A stretch of 64,000 nucleotides of DNA, from positions 1,358 to 65,357 of the IMG/VR virus record IMGVR_UViG_3300015603_000051. One strand, 5' to 3'. The notes under the pieces are model-generated. The model ran no database searches and had not been told where the DNA came from. It saw nothing but the letters and a program-made list of their open reading frames with translations. Of this stretch, positions 44,848 to 55,518 are shown one piece after another. The translations under genes and the position numbers were made by a program. Every line of letters starts with the position of its first letter. Position 1 is the stretch's first letter. This DNA is from a virus (taxonomy: Duplodnaviria; Caudoviricetes).

Positions 44848-46773
44848 TTATTTAGCATCGCCGTATGTGTAGCCGAACCCTGCTTCTGCTGAAAGAGGAA
44901 TATCAGGCCACCATGACGGAGCTTGTGAAAAGATTTTTACGGCGTGTTCTACTGCTTCATCTGCTTGGGACTCAGGCACGATAAACCCGGCTTCGTCATG
45001 CGTGCTTGATATGATTCTAGCATATTTGGCAAGTTCTAACTGCTGTTCCATCACAACATTTCTTGACAAATGCTGCACCAGATTCTCTAGGAGCATCGAG
45101 CCATATATCCGGCTCGCGTTGCGCCCGTGCCCATACCGCCACTCCTGCTTGCCTTTACCATTCAGCTCTTTGCGCAGGTCAGGGAAGTACAGGAACCGCC
45201 CGCCGGGGGTAATGATTCTGTCCTTCTCCGTGTAGCACATGCCACCTACATCGACGTTGATAGTCTGTCCATTAAACATTGCGTTGATCGCCGCCTCACA
45301 CCGCCCCCACATACCGTTGTCGCGATCTGAAATGTGCTTGTGCTTCGTACGCCACAGCTCCACTACACGCTTGCTCTCTGAATCTGATATGTCCATCGGG
45401 AACCCGTTCTGCTTACTTAGGTAGCGCACCATCCGTTGAAACGCTTCCCATGCTGCACCGTACTGGAGCCCCAAGTGGGCGGTCTTACCAATAAACCTTT
45501 CTGCTTCATTTTTCTTCGTGACAGTCATATCGAACAGCGTCGATGCAAAATCACAGTACAGGTCAGCGCCGTTGCGCAGCATATCGACCGTGTTCAGCTG
45601 CCCCGAGATACAGTGCGTACCGCGCAGCTCGATGTTGGAACTGTCCACGACGACCACGACATGCCCCTTCGGCGCGCGCAGCGATTGCCGCAATACCTGT
45701 GATGGCTTCGGGTCCTTCTTGTTCACACGCGGCATGTTCTGTACGTTTAACTTCATCGTGCCGCCTTGGCGCCATGTGGTCGCGGCGCAGTACCGGTACG
45801 GCATCGGTAGCTTACCCTCACACACCTCCGCTATGCGGATGAATGACTCGATGCGCGTCTCCAACTGCGACGACTTTACACCCAGCCGGCCAGCCGCAGC
45901 CATAGCGACACGCGAATCCTCATGCTCCAGCAAGTCTGTCATGCCGGCATCGGTCTTGGCCAGCGCCGGTATCATTTTCCCCGGGGCGGTCTTGCTCTCC
46001 TTCATCGGCACCTCTGCACCGAGGCGCGTCAGCAGTCCTGCAAATTGTGGCTGGCTCATAAGGATAGGGCGCATCATGTCCACGCACTCGTCCGCTGTCA
46101 TACCTTCTGCCCACGCACAGGCAGATACCGCTACGCCTAGAATCGCGGTGCGCTTGCGCTCCTGTTCTTCCAGCAATGCCGCACGCAGTTTGGGCACATC
46201 TACTTCAAACGTCGGCTCGACCAGCATGCGGATAGTTGCATCGATGATCTTCAGTTCCGTCTTACTCGTCATAGGCAGCAGATGCTCGAACAGCGCCCAG
46301 CAAATGTCCGTATCGTCGCGGTTATAGATGCGCATCTTGGCAATTTCATCAGGCGTAAAATCTTTTAGCTTCTTGCCTTTCGTGTTCACCGCATCCAGAC
46401 TGCCCTTCTCCATCCCGATTTCTTTGGCCAGCGCCTTCAGCGACCCGCCGACGGTCAGGTTGTAGTGTGGCTTCGCCATGGCCAGCGTGCACGCCCATAA
46501 CTTCGGGCGCACGCCAAAGCGCCACGCTAGGACCATGCCGTCAAATTCCGACAAATTGTGAGCCACAACCATCATGTTAGACCAGTCGATCGCTGCACAA
46601 AACTTCGCTATACGATCTTCACCAAAAATAACTCTTGTCTGCCCGCCGTTCAGCTTCACCGCAATGCTCTGAATTTCTGTCTCGGGGTGCATTACGTATT
46701 CGATCGGGTTCATCTTGGTTAGGCTGTGTTCAACCGACCAAAAAGTTTCAACGTCAATTGCCATTACATCCAT
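44848..46773 (-). CDS. DNA polymerase, family A
   Basis: Exo I DVET; motif A DSSNIELR; motif B RFIGK..HLGLQYG; motif C THDE. Confidence 0.93.
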   Translation of the reverse strand: MDVMAIDVETFWSVEHSLTKMNPIEYVMHPETEIQSIAVKLNGGQTRVIFGEDRIAKFCAAIDWSNMMVVAHNLSEFDGMVLAWRFGVRPKLWACTLAMAKPHYNLTVGGSLKALAKEIGMEKGSLDAVNTKGKKLKDFTPDEIAKMRIYNRDDTDICWALFEHLLPMTSKTELKIIDATIRMLVEPTFEVDVPKLRAALLEEQERKRTAILGVAVSACAWAEGMTADECVDMMRPILMSQPQFAGLLTRLGAEVPMKESKTAPGKMIPALAKTDAGMTDLLEHEDSRVAMAAAGRLGVKSSQLETRIESFIRIAEVCEGKLPMPYRYCAATTWRQGGTMKLNVQNMPRVNKKDPKPSQVLRQSLRAPKGHVVVVVDSSNIELRGTHCISGQLNTVDMLRNGADLYCDFASTLFDMTVTKKNEAERFIGKTAHLGLQYGAAWEAFQRMVRYLSKQNGFPMDISDSESKRVVELWRTKHKHISDRDNGMWGRCEAAINAMFNGQTINVDVGGMCYTEKDRIITPGGRFLYFPDLRKELNGKGKQEWRYGHGRNASRIYGSMLLENLVQHLSRNVVMEQQLELAKYARIISSTHDEAGFIVPESQADEAVEHAVKIFSQAPSWWPDIPLSAEAGFGYTYGDAK

Positions 46774-46776
46774 GTG

Positions 46777-47217
46777 CTACTCCCAAGAATCAAATAATGC
46801 TTTAAGCGCGCGCGAACGCTCTTCTTCTGTCGGCTTGTTCGGATTCGCTCGTTGCACTGCTGCCTGCTGTCCATACTGTTGCTGCTGCATAGCTTGGTTT
46901 GCATGTATCTGCGCTTGCCCTAGTCCGCCACCCGTCCGCAGGCGTAAGCCGTTAAGATAATCCTGTTTCGCTTCCTCCATATCCTGTTTCGCAGGTTCGT
47001 CGTGCTCAGTTACGATCGCCTTCAGCAGCTCCCCGCAGGCCATACGGAGCCGGTACTTCCGCGACGCTTCTTCTATGAGCACCTTTTCATGCGGCTCTGC
47101 ATTAAACAAAATCTTCTCGCATGCAGCCTGTATCGCAGGCGGAACTTTCTCGTCTCGCACATCTATAAAATCAAGCAGCGTCTGCACGGCTGGATGTATT
47201 TCTGGTTTATTTTCCAT
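46777..47217 (-). CDS. hypothetical protein
   Basis: Tightly packed ORF with GGGAG RBS. Confidence 0.65.
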   Translation of the reverse strand: MENKPEIHPAVQTLLDFIDVRDEKVPPAIQAACEKILFNAEPHEKVLIEEASRKYRLRMACGELLKAIVTEHDEPAKQDMEEAKQDYLNGLRLRTGGGLGQAQIHANQAMQQQQYGQQAAVQRANPNKPTEEERSRALKALFDSWE

Positions 47218-47522
47218 TACTTTTCTCCCGATAAGAACTTCTCTACTTCATCGTAGCCTGTAGCCACGCCCAGCTTCGTCAGCCGCACTACGAACGCTCT
47301 GCCGCCCGCTAGTGCAATGTTGTCTAGGTTATTCTGCTGCAGCGCTGTGACGGCTGTGTCTGCCTTTACTTCAATGCCGAAGAACCTTCCGTTCTTACAT
47401 CCGACCACATCAGGAATCCCTGTACTGCCAAACCCATTTGCTGGCGGGAAGAAGAAATAACATGGGTACTTTTTCAAAATCCTGCGCAGCTTATCTTTCG
47501 CTTTCGACTCTGCTGTAGCCAT
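47217..47522 (-). CDS. VRR-NUC-like nuclease
   Basis: E...K, G..GIPD..GC..GRFFGIEVKA, LQ...L..I..AGG. Confidence 0.85.
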   Translation of the reverse strand: MATAESKAKDKLRRILKKYPCYFFFPPANGFGSTGIPDVVGCKNGRFFGIEVKADTAVTALQQNNLDNIALAGGRAFVVRLTKLGVATGYDEVEKFLSGEK

Positions 47523-47738
47523 TATTCGCGCCCCTTAAAAAGTAATGCTCTGATAGCGGTCTTTGATTCTGCGCTGATATGCTTCGTAATATGAGGGACC
47601 GCATACATATTTCTAATAAGCTCCAGCATAATGGCGTGTCGAATTTCTAGCAGTTTTAATTTCTTCTTTTGCAGCCTAATCAATTTGTCGGCGCTATCCA
47701 CGCCCGCTCGAAGATTTTTAACTATGTCATCGTTCATA

Positions 47739-47990
47739 TCAGAACTCCGTTTCAAGTAACTGCTTCTTCGCTATCTCCATCCACCACAAAGTATCTCCGC
47801 AGTCGCCCATACTGCTAGCGAAATAAAGTTCCTTGTCCGCATTGAAGCCGATAACAACTACGTTCTGTAATGCGCTTTTTAGCGCGGCTTCTAGTACACG
47901 TTCGCTTGGAATATCCAGTGTTGTATTAACCGACAGTATTTTTACGTTATCTACGAGTTTCATTACTCCCCCCCCATTTTCTTCATTCAT
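47739..47990 (-). CDS. hypothetical protein
   Basis: T.LDIP.ERVL, VVVIG, YFASS motifs; start uncertain. Confidence 0.65.
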   Translation of the reverse strand: MNEENGGGVMKLVDNVKILSVNTTLDIPSERVLEAALKSALQNVVVIGFNADKELYFASSMGDCGDTLWWMEIAKKQLLETEF

Positions 47991-48220
47991 TTTATGAAAT
48001 CCCTAATAGTTTTTACAGTCCAATATTTAACTTGTGTCCCATGTTTTGTGATATACCCATCCGGCGGCGGGATATGTCCCCGTACAACTGCGGTGTTTAT
48101 ACTGTTACCTGTGGTATACCCAAACATTTTTAGTATTTCCCGAGCATTTAGCCTTCCATCATCACTAAGATGGAGCATCCATTCGGGGGCTACAACTTTT
48201 GCTCTCCGCTTCATAGCCAT
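47987..48220 (-). CDS. AlpA/excisionase-like winged-helix protein
   Basis: GGAGG RBS; L..REI....G, RG.IPPPD, W....I..F. Confidence 0.55.
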   Translation of the reverse strand: MAMKRRAKVVAPEWMLHLSDDGRLNAREILKMFGYTTGNSINTAVVRGHIPPPDGYITKHGTQVKYWTVKTIRDFIK

Positions 48221-48568
48221 ATCATCCTCCCATCCTTTCCTCCACTGCCATGAGCACAGCTGCTTCCACGGCATCCAACAGCGTTGGGTAGTCACGTACC
48301 AGCACCTCCACTTCAGACGCTTCTACGAAGACTTTGCCGCCCCACATATCGGGGTAGCAGCCATGCTCCACCATTAAACGAAACACTCTGTCATACTTGC
48401 CCATGTTACGCCTCCGGCGTGTGTACAGATTCAAACAACTCAAATAGCCTGCGCTGCCACCTAAGCATTTCTTCGTGGTCTGCTATATTATTATGTGTAG
48501 CAAACTCATATGTCGCTTTTCTAAAGCAAGACACCGCCTCTTTAAATTCTTCAGCCAAGTCGTTCATG

Positions 48569-48979
48569 TTAGTTGTCCTGAATTGTGTAGTGCTGTGGAT
48601 ATTTATCGGCGTGTAATTCACGCAGATTGTTTGCTACTTCGGTCAGGTGCATCGTTGCCGCATCCATGCCACTCCCATACTGCCTATCGTCCTCAACCCG
48701 CCCAGCGTATCCTGCATCGATAATAATAGCAATGTCGGACAGAGCACTAGCAAGGTGCGGTACGCCCTCTGCATCACAATCCTCTCCCGCCCAGTACGCC
48801 AGCATGTGGCGCATAATCGCATCGTAGTACACCGACACTTTCACGCCATGCACCAGATAGTCAGACCGTCCGTATTTCAACACGCCATTCAGCATGCCTA
48901 CACAACCGGCAGCGATGGCCGTAGCGGGGAAGGTGTGCACTGGCAATTTCGTCGCTCCAAATTCGTATTTCGCATTCAT
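48569..48979 (-). CDS. dATP/dGTP diphosphohydrolase-like protein (DUF5664-like)
   Basis: G..KLP, G..KYG, YDA..RH..A...GED.D, HLA.A motifs. Confidence 0.75.
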   Translation of the reverse strand: MNAKYEFGATKLPVHTFPATAIAAGCVGMLNGVLKYGRSDYLVHGVKVSVYYDAIMRHMLAYWAGEDCDAEGVPHLASALSDIAIIIDAGYAGRVEDDRQYGSGMDAATMHLTEVANNLRELHADKYPQHYTIQDN

Positions 48980-49254
48980 GTTGATTTCCTTTTCAGTGGT
49001 ACGATCGTAAGCCCTGCTGGTATATTCTTAGGGCGTTGCAGGCACAACATCTTCAAATGCTTATCAGGCTCAACTTCACTGTAGATCAGGTAGCCCTCGG
49101 TATCCCCCTGCTTCATCGCTGCACACCAACCACGATATGCTACGGCGGTTGACGAGTTCAGATAGTTACCCTTTGCATCCTTATCAAAACTCCCCGGCAA
49201 ATCTTTTAGTGCGTCCTCGAATTGCTTGCGTTTCATTTTGTCCTGCCTTTCCAT
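48976..49254 (-). CDS. hypothetical protein
   Basis: Packed ORF in the operon. Confidence 0.55.
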   Translation of the reverse strand: MERQDKMKRKQFEDALKDLPGSFDKDAKGNYLNSSTAVAYRGWCAAMKQGDTEGYLIYSEVEPDKHLKMLCLQRPKNIPAGLTIVPLKRKST

Positions 49255-49613
49255 TCATTTATTTTCTGTATAGCCAGCTGGCACTGCGCAATATCAAACA
49301 TCCCGATGTGGGCAGCTTCTAGTGGCAAGCGCATCACCATGGCCAGAAACGCATACGCTGAACTGCGGGGCATATGTTTATCTTTCCAGAGCGGGTCGAA
49401 CGCTTGATGTGCCTGTATTTTCCAGAACCTTAACTGCCGATCAGCCATCCTACCTAGCGGCTGGTTTTTCTTTTCTTTGATCTTGTGCGTACCGACATAA
49501 GCGTCACACGGCCTGCAGTCCCACACTAGCCCATAACTTCTCCCCAGTCCGTATACAAGTTCACTATCAATAAGTTTTGCATCTGATCCACAGTATGGGC
49601 AGATAACTTTCAT
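49233..49613 (-). CDS. zinc-finger protein (DUF3268-like)
   Basis: CPYCG, C.PCDAYVGTH, PLG.MAD..LR, AH..FDPLW, HIGMFD. Confidence 0.8.
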   Translation of the reverse strand: MKVICPYCGSDAKLIDSELVYGLGRSYGLVWDCRPCDAYVGTHKIKEKKNQPLGRMADRQLRFWKIQAHQAFDPLWKDKHMPRSSAYAFLAMVMRLPLEAAHIGMFDIAQCQLAIQKINEWKGRTK

Positions 49614-49794
49614 TTTATTTCTTTCTCTTTATCCACCACTCGTATGCTATCCAGCTCAGCGCCACTACTAAAAACAGAATCCCCATGCTGTACTTCAACA
49701 GTACCTGTCCCATAATTTTTCCTCCCAAAAATTGCATCAAAGTTTTCGTTGTATTTCTCTACATCAAACGCGCGTTGCCAGCTGCCCTTAGTGC

Positions 49795-50259
49795 TCATGT
49801 ATTCCCCCTTGATTCGATAGCCCTTGCGAAAGCGCTTAAATTGAACGGAACGGAAGTCGTGAAAAGGTCTGATTCCGCGGCGACTTCCATTTCGCTAATC
49901 TCCCGCACGAGGCGTTTTATGTCGAAAGGTGTCAAAGGCTTGCGCTCTACTGGTGCTGATGCTGCGAGGATTGCTCTGGCGAATATGATTGGGTTATATA
50001 AAATGTGATTAGTGATGCGACCTTGTATTAAGTGGCTATCCCATAATTCTTTGACTCTTTCATCACTCAGTTCCCGCGCTGGTGCTGGTCTGCGATTCCA
50101 AGCGGCTATTGCTTTTGCCAATCCCGCATTATTTATCGCGTCATGCTTTCGAGTAATCGTCAACAGGCAATAATCGCATCGGACTACAGCTTCCATGATT
50201 AAGTTTTCTGTATAGGCTTTACCGCCACAGCATGGGCATGGTTTCAGTTCTTCGCTCAT
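49795..50259 (-). CDS. Lar-like (restriction alleviation) N-terminal domain protein
   Basis: ELKPCPCCGG, V.C..C, AIAAWNRR. Confidence 0.7.
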   Translation of the reverse strand: MSEELKPCPCCGGKAYTENLIMEAVVRCDYCLLTITRKHDAINNAGLAKAIAAWNRRPAPARELSDERVKELWDSHLIQGRITNHILYNPIIFARAILAASAPVERKPLTPFDIKRLVREISEMEVAAESDLFTTSVPFNLSAFARAIESRGNT

Positions 50260-50262
50260 GGC

Positions 50263-50451
50263 TTAATACTCCAATTCAACTGTGAATTCATGCCCACATT
50301 CAGGACATGACGTTTCATAAGTACAATCAACCGCAAGTGGTTTAATTCCTGATTGCTTGAAACTATCAGAATCAATCAAGTCAAAAAAGTGGTCACATTT
50401 AGGACAATCTACCGCCAATGAAATACTCCATAACGCACTTATTGTTTTCAT
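50263..50451 (-). CDS. small zinc-ribbon protein
   Basis: CPKC and CPECG pairs; AGGAG RBS. Confidence 0.65.
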   Translation of the reverse strand: MKTISALWSISLAVDCPKCDHFFDLIDSDSFKQSGIKPLAVDCTYETSCPECGHEFTVELEY

Positions 50452-51410
50452 GGATTATCTCCTTGTTCTGGCTGCGATTTATCAGGGCAATTTCCAAAAT
50501 CCATACGGGCGCAAGCAGGGCAGGTTCTATCCCAGTGCTGCATAGGATGGTCAATGTGTGCGAATCCTGCGTTGATAAGAGAGTCAATACCCGCTTGCGT
50601 TTCAGGCTTTTGTTCTGGCTGCACCTGTACAGCGTTGAGGATTGCTTGCCATTCTGCTGACTCCATTTTTATACGATAGACAGTTGCACCATCGCCCCGT
50701 TCATCTATTGTCTTGAAAGTTATAGCGTTACCAACCGCCACCCTGATTGCTGATAGCTGTGCTTGTAGTCTTTCTTCGGAGCGATATAGTTCATCAATCT
50801 TATTTGTGAATCTCCACTCATCAAGTTCTTTCCGCAACGCTTCCAGTTCTGCTTGTAGAGCATCTAATTTGCCATCAGCGAGCAAGGCTGCATTTAGGTA
50901 CGCCCCCGCAAGTCCTTTTTCGCCTAACAAGTCTTTCCGCAACGCTTCCAGTTCTGCTTGCTGGTTGGGTTGTGTAATACCTGTCGCCATATTGTCTATC
51001 TGCGAAAGCACTCCAGCCATATCATCAAGTGGTCGCCATTGGGTGACGGTCGGGTAAAACTTTCTCGCCATGTATTTAGCTATTCCAATTGCTGACTGTA
51101 ATTCCGAAGCCATTGCCTGATCTACGCTAACGGGTGCAGGGGTAGGTTTAGTGTTAGCCACATGGACAAAAGGTTTTTCATATAATGGCTTGTTTTCGTG
51201 ATGTGGCAGCGTGGTCGGTGTAAAGAATAAACCGCTCCAGCCATCACCAGCTTTTACATGGTACGCATACGGCTCCTGTTTCTCTGCTGCCTCAAGTCGG
51301 TCTGCAAGGGCGCGGAGGTTGTCGCGGGTAGTTCCGGTTTGCCCACTTGCAAGCAGCATGTCTGCCGCTTCCCGTATTAGTTCAATATCGTTTTTCATAG
51401 TTCCTCCCAC
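50448..51410 (-). CDS. mosaic hypothetical protein
   Basis: Long ORF with internal duplication QAELEALRK at DNA and protein level. Confidence 0.65.
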   Translation of the reverse strand: MGGTMKNDIELIREAADMLLASGQTGTTRDNLRALADRLEAAEKQEPYAYHVKAGDGWSGLFFTPTTLPHHENKPLYEKPFVHVANTKPTPAPVSVDQAMASELQSAIGIAKYMARKFYPTVTQWRPLDDMAGVLSQIDNMATGITQPNQQAELEALRKDLLGEKGLAGAYLNAALLADGKLDALQAELEALRKELDEWRFTNKIDELYRSEERLQAQLSAIRVAVGNAITFKTIDERGDGATVYRIKMESAEWQAILNAVQVQPEQKPETQAGIDSLINAGFAHIDHPMQHWDRTCPACARMDFGNCPDKSQPEQGDNP

Positions 51411-51663
51411 GTTTTGTAGTAGCTGTTGCCTTGCACTGTGCCGTCCGGCAGTAATGCTAGATACTCTCCGCCCGGGCGCTTAACCAATCTCCGGCAGTTC
51501 AATGTCTTCGCCCTATAAAGCGTAATCTCGCCACAGTTATTTATCAGCAACACATTCGGTTTTCTAAATTCTGGCAGTATCTTCCATATGCCCAGCGCTG
51601 CCCATATGCCAAAAAGTGAACATGTTATAGACAACACCGTCATCGCAAATATTTGTTCATTAC

Positions 51664-51819
51664 TCATTTTGAACCCCCCATTTTATTAAATGTTGCTACA
51701 TCTTTTCTGATTTGTTCCACGGTCGCTTTATCTTCCAGCCCCCGCAGTACGCCAAGCAAAAAGAACACAAGCGCGAATGTTGTGGCAGCCACAACAAATA
51801 TAATCAGCAGGCGTTTCAT
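51664..51819 (-). CDS. small membrane protein containing a palindrome copy
   Basis: MKRLLIIFVVAATTFALVFFLLG hydrophobic N-terminus. Confidence 0.55.
   Translation of the reverse strand: MKRLLIIFVVAATTFALVFFLLGVLRGLEDKATVEQIRKDVATFNKMGGSK
51778..51796. repeat. 19-bp palindrome, copy 4 (centre A)
   Basis: TGTTGTGGCAGCCACAACA, intragenic. Confidence 0.95.
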
Positions 51820-52162
51820 AAGCACAGCATCGGCCATGGACCCCACCACGATGCCTTAGCGGCCTTCACTTGCCCACTCTTGGCCGGTACAACCTTCACC
51901 TTGCGGCGCCACGTATCGGTGTTGTCTTCGTCGGAAACCCACTCAACAGTATACTGTTTGGTGAACCCGTTGTATTCATCATTTTTTGTACGCCGCACCA
52001 TACCAACAAGCACCATTTCTGAAAGCACATGCCTCGCGCGGTTGTGCGATAAATCTAGCTTCGATGCCAGTTCTTTCACTGCGGCAGTTGAACACGCTAC
52101 GCCGCCATGTTCCTCAATAAATGTTTTTACGACATTCGTGTATTTTTGTTTGCTTGCTTCTT

Positions 52163-52606
52163 TCATATACTCTCCTTCTCCCATTTGCCAAATAACGCTT
52201 CTATGAGCGGGTCCCGTACCGCTGGCAGTGCTGCCTTACGCTTACGTTCTGCTGCCCGTGCCTTTATCTCCAGCGTCTGGCTAGGGTTCTTCGTTACGTA
52301 CTCTGCGTCCACCCCCGGCCCGTACGCAAACACCCGTATAGGCGATCCCGGGTTGTCTATCCATCGCTGGATGTGCATGTAACCTAACTCATGCATCACG
52401 CTCAGCACCCCATTCGACGTGGACTTCGACACACACAGCAATGCCTGTATGGACTTCGCCGTCTGGCTTGATGCACGTAATGCCTCAAGGACTTTAGGTA
52501 TATGTTTCTGGTAGAACTTCTTGCGCTGCGCGTTGCTCCTGCCTGTCAACGCAAGTGGTGCATTTCCATTTCCTGTTGAGCCCATTATTGTAAACCTCAT
52601 ATTCAC
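52163..52606 (-). CDS. putative winged-helix protein
   Basis: Helix-turn-helix-like segment, HI.RW, YGPG.DA, RDPL..ALFG. Confidence 0.55.
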   Translation of the reverse strand: MNMRFTIMGSTGNGNAPLALTGRSNAQRKKFYQKHIPKVLEALRASSQTAKSIQALLCVSKSTSNGVLSVMHELGYMHIQRWIDNPGSPIRVFAYGPGVDAEYVTKNPSQTLEIKARAAERKRKAALPAVRDPLIEALFGKWEKESI

Positions 52607-53030
52607 CTACTGTTGATTTCTCGCGGCAGCTAGCGCACAGCCGACCCGCGCCCCCAAAGATGTTCCAGTATTGTTGTTGGTTCAATCTTCCACCCAGAAA
52701 ATGTTATCCGACACCCTCGTACCGACCCCCTCGATACGAGTACCCACATCTGATGCGGTCAGGACGTTGTACCGCTTGCGCAGCGAACCCCCCACCCTAG
52801 CATCGTCGATAGACTCCACATAGAACGCACCGCCGACCGCCACCAGCGTATCGGCGACGGGGTCAAAATCCCCCAACTGCTCCCCGATATGCAGGCGTCC
52901 ACCCTCTAGCTTTTCAATGCGCCTCATAGAGCCATTCTCCAGTTTGTATCCAAGCCTGAATCGCAGGATTTCTAAAATGATTTGCTCTGGTGGTATTACA
53001 TGTAGTATGTCCATAGTACACACCTTTCTG

Positions 53031-53906
53031 TTAAATTGCAAACTTTCCTCGCATCGTTTTCACATCTTCACGTACGCTTGCGCGTACGCCTGCTTCCTCC
53101 CGCAAGTCCTTCGCTGTAACCCCGAGCATGATCGACTCCAGCTCACGGCGCGCCCGCTCCAGCCTAGTATCGCCCGATACATTCAGGCTTTTCAGCAGCT
53201 CACACAGCTCCACAGCGTTCTCCACCAGCGAGTCCCTGAATACGTTAGGCTTGCCTTCCTCGTCTGCACCAAGGCGCTCTGCTAGCTTGTCAAGGCACGA
53301 CTTGAGCCTATCCCACAGCAACAGGTTCACTTCTGCTATGCGGGCGTTCATGGTCTGCTCGTAGGCAGCGCGTAGTTCTTCACGTAGCGAGTTCTCTGCG
53401 TCCACCCTGAAGTCACCCGATGTGGGCACCGGTGCAATATCCCAACTGACTGCGAACTTGCCTGTGATTTCCTGCACACTCGGGTACTCCGCGCGGTTGA
53501 ACATCGCCCCGAGTTTGAACGCCATGCCGGACACCTGCACGTTGTAGTCCTGTATGAAGTCAGTCACCTTCACATCGAAGTCGTACTTCATATCATGCAG
53601 TTCCTGCATCACATCATTCAGCAGCGCAACAGGCAGCATCTTCAGGTTGCCCATCCACGGCAGCGTCACGCTCGGCAGGTAGTTACGGATAGCACTTGCC
53701 TGCTTGTTGATCGCATCCAGCTTCGGATTGTCCACGAACAGCCGCTTGGTTACAAGGGCTGCGTCCTTCGACTGCGCGTGGTTATCTGCGACTACTTTCT
53801 CCGTGTTGGTTTTGTCTTTCTTCCTGCCAGCCCATACAGATATGTTCAGGTCTAGCAGCACTGCCGACGACACGATGCCGCCGATTACGTCTTTGTGGGT
53901 GTTCAT
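53031..53906 (-). CDS. early protein (DUF3150-like) linked to the AAA/VWA module
   Basis: AVL.DL.IS.W.GRKKD, TLPW, F...EYP, GDFR, FRDSL..N, LN..GD..LE; AGGAG RBS. Confidence 0.65.
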   Translation of the reverse strand: MNTHKDVIGGIVSSAVLLDLNISVWAGRKKDKTNTEKVVADNHAQSKDAALVTKRLFVDNPKLDAINKQASAIRNYLPSVTLPWMGNLKMLPVALLNDVMQELHDMKYDFDVKVTDFIQDYNVQVSGMAFKLGAMFNRAEYPSVQEITGKFAVSWDIAPVPTSGDFRVDAENSLREELRAAYEQTMNARIAEVNLLLWDRLKSCLDKLAERLGADEEGKPNVFRDSLVENAVELCELLKSLNVSGDTRLERARRELESIMLGVTAKDLREEAGVRASVREDVKTMRGKFAI

Positions 53907-53915
53907 AACATTCTC

Positions 53916-54134
53916 CTATAGAAGTTTCCGTGCGTTAATTTCCGTACGATAAGATTTTTCTCTTTCTGGCGCCATGATGGTCGTGGTTTGCTTGAACTTA
54001 TCGGACACGAACTGAATCAATTCTCTCGCATCCCATGTGGTCGGCAGCTTGCCCTGCTCGATCTGCTCCAGCACACCCTTGCCTACTGCCTTGACGTGCG
54101 CCACTACAACTGCGAACTGCTCTTCCTGCTTCAC
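53916..54134 (-). CDS. hypothetical protein
   Basis: Packed ORF; G.LP..WD..EL. Confidence 0.55.
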   Translation of the reverse strand: MKQEEQFAVVVAHVKAVGKGVLEQIEQGKLPTTWDARELIQFVSDKFKQTTTIMAPEREKSYRTEINARKLL

Positions 54135-54352
54135 TGTAGCCCCCTGATCTTCACGCCTAGCGTTGCGCGGATACCCCGCGTTGGTATGCCTGTCAGCTCA
54201 TGCATCTTGATTACGAACATCGCACCTACCGGCAGCACGCCGTTTCTATACTTGCTAATTACCGGCGGGTGTATGCCGAGCATCTTGCCTAGTGCTGCAT
54301 CATTCTTGGCGCCTGTTATTTCTGCTGCGATATCGATTACATTTTTATTCAT
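54131..54352 (-). CDS. XRE-like HTH protein
   Basis: KNDAAL...LG..PPVISK.R.G.LPVG..I..HE.T motif. Confidence 0.8.
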   Translation of the reverse strand: MNKNVIDIAAEITGAKNDAALGKMLGIHPPVISKYRNGVLPVGAMFVIKMHELTGIPTRGIRATLGVKIRGLQ

Positions 54353-54691
54353 GCTATTTCTCCCTTAGCTTTTTTAAATTAAAATATCTTTTCGTTACTA
54401 GTTCATATGCAGTTTTCTCGGTGCCGGTTGCCACCCTAGATAGCAACTCGTTCACCATCAATACGTGTGCTGCCTCTTCATCGCCCTCCAAGATCGCATC
54501 TGCATACATATCCCACCCTGCTGAAAGTTGCCGTGCAGCTCTGTTTGCGTATATTTTTTCTGCGTGTTTCGTGTACTCCTGTTTTAGTTCCTTCGACGGG
54601 ATGCCGATAACCTTAACTACCAAGCCGGCGCTGTCAAAACACTTTTTAAGCTTTTCCATAGCGCACCTCTATCAGTCCAGCGTATCTTGCC

Positions 54692-55006
54692 TCACTTATT
54701 ACTATGTACCCCTTGCGCTTCATCAAGTGTCGTGCACGTTTGTACAGGTACTCGCTTGTGTAAGTCTTCATGCTTTATCTCCCTGATAACATCGTTGGTG
54801 TAGGCTTCCAGTCCGGCCCCGTCAACACTCCAGTAATCTTTCCAGAGTATCCTGCGCAGCGCCATGCCTGTGTTCTGCGTTTCTAATATCTGCTCAGGCG
54901 TAGGCACTTTCGGGAACCGCAGCTTCAGCATTAGGAATGTCTCCATGTCATTTGTTGTGGCTGCCACAACATTTCGTATCTGCTCATAGAATTTATCTAA
55001 GTCCAT
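54692..55006 (-). CDS. hypothetical protein containing a palindrome copy (NVVAATTN)
   Basis: AGGAG RBS; packed ORF. Confidence 0.6.
   Translation of the reverse strand: MDLDKFYEQIRNVVAATTNDMETFLMLKLRFPKVPTPEQILETQNTGMALRRILWKDYWSVDGAGLEAYTNDVIREIKHEDLHKRVPVQTCTTLDEAQGVHSNK
54953..54971. repeat. 19-bp palindrome, copy 5
   Basis: Exact match, intragenic. Confidence 0.95.
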
Positions 55007-55334
55007 ATTCGTCTCCTAGTTCGCGCACGTAGTGTTCCATCGGTGCCCAGTGCGCCGTCGGGATTAAGTTGGTGCTTCCGTTGAACGACTTTTTGACCCC
55101 GTGATGCATTGCATCACGGGTCTGTTTCACACTTGTAGAACTTAGCATGCGGTCAACCACAAACGCAACGCATCCTTCTATATCCTCCCACTTATGCATT
55201 TCGACTTCGAACCTTTTATAGTTCGGGTAGGTATTAGCCGAGTATGCCTCTTCCAGCTCACGGGAATAGCTCAGCGCCATATAGATTCCGACCGCTTCCT
55301 TCACTACAAGCTTGGCTTTATCTAGGATGTTCAC
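54993..55334 (-). CDS. hypothetical protein
   Basis: Packed ORF in the early operon. Confidence 0.55.
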   Translation of the reverse strand: MNILDKAKLVVKEAVGIYMALSYSRELEEAYSANTYPNYKRFEVEMHKWEDIEGCVAFVVDRMLSSTSVKQTRDAMHHGVKKSFNGSTNLIPTAHWAPMEHYVRELGDEYGLR

Positions 55335-55518
55335 AACAGCACCACATGAGTAACCACACCCTCTTCTTTCCGCAGGATGCGGGATACGTACCGCGCTGTG
55401 CGCACATCAGGGAACGACCGCTTGATTACAGGGCGTGTGTCATACTCAAAGCTGCCGTTCATACTCGTCACCCACCGCCCCGTGTCAGGTGCATAAAGGT
55501 GTACTGTTTGTTGGTTAT

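Noticed and set aside
47987-48220. Excisionase-like protein as evidence of a temperate lifestyle
   Set aside because: No integrase, att site or host flanking genes are recognisable in the window.
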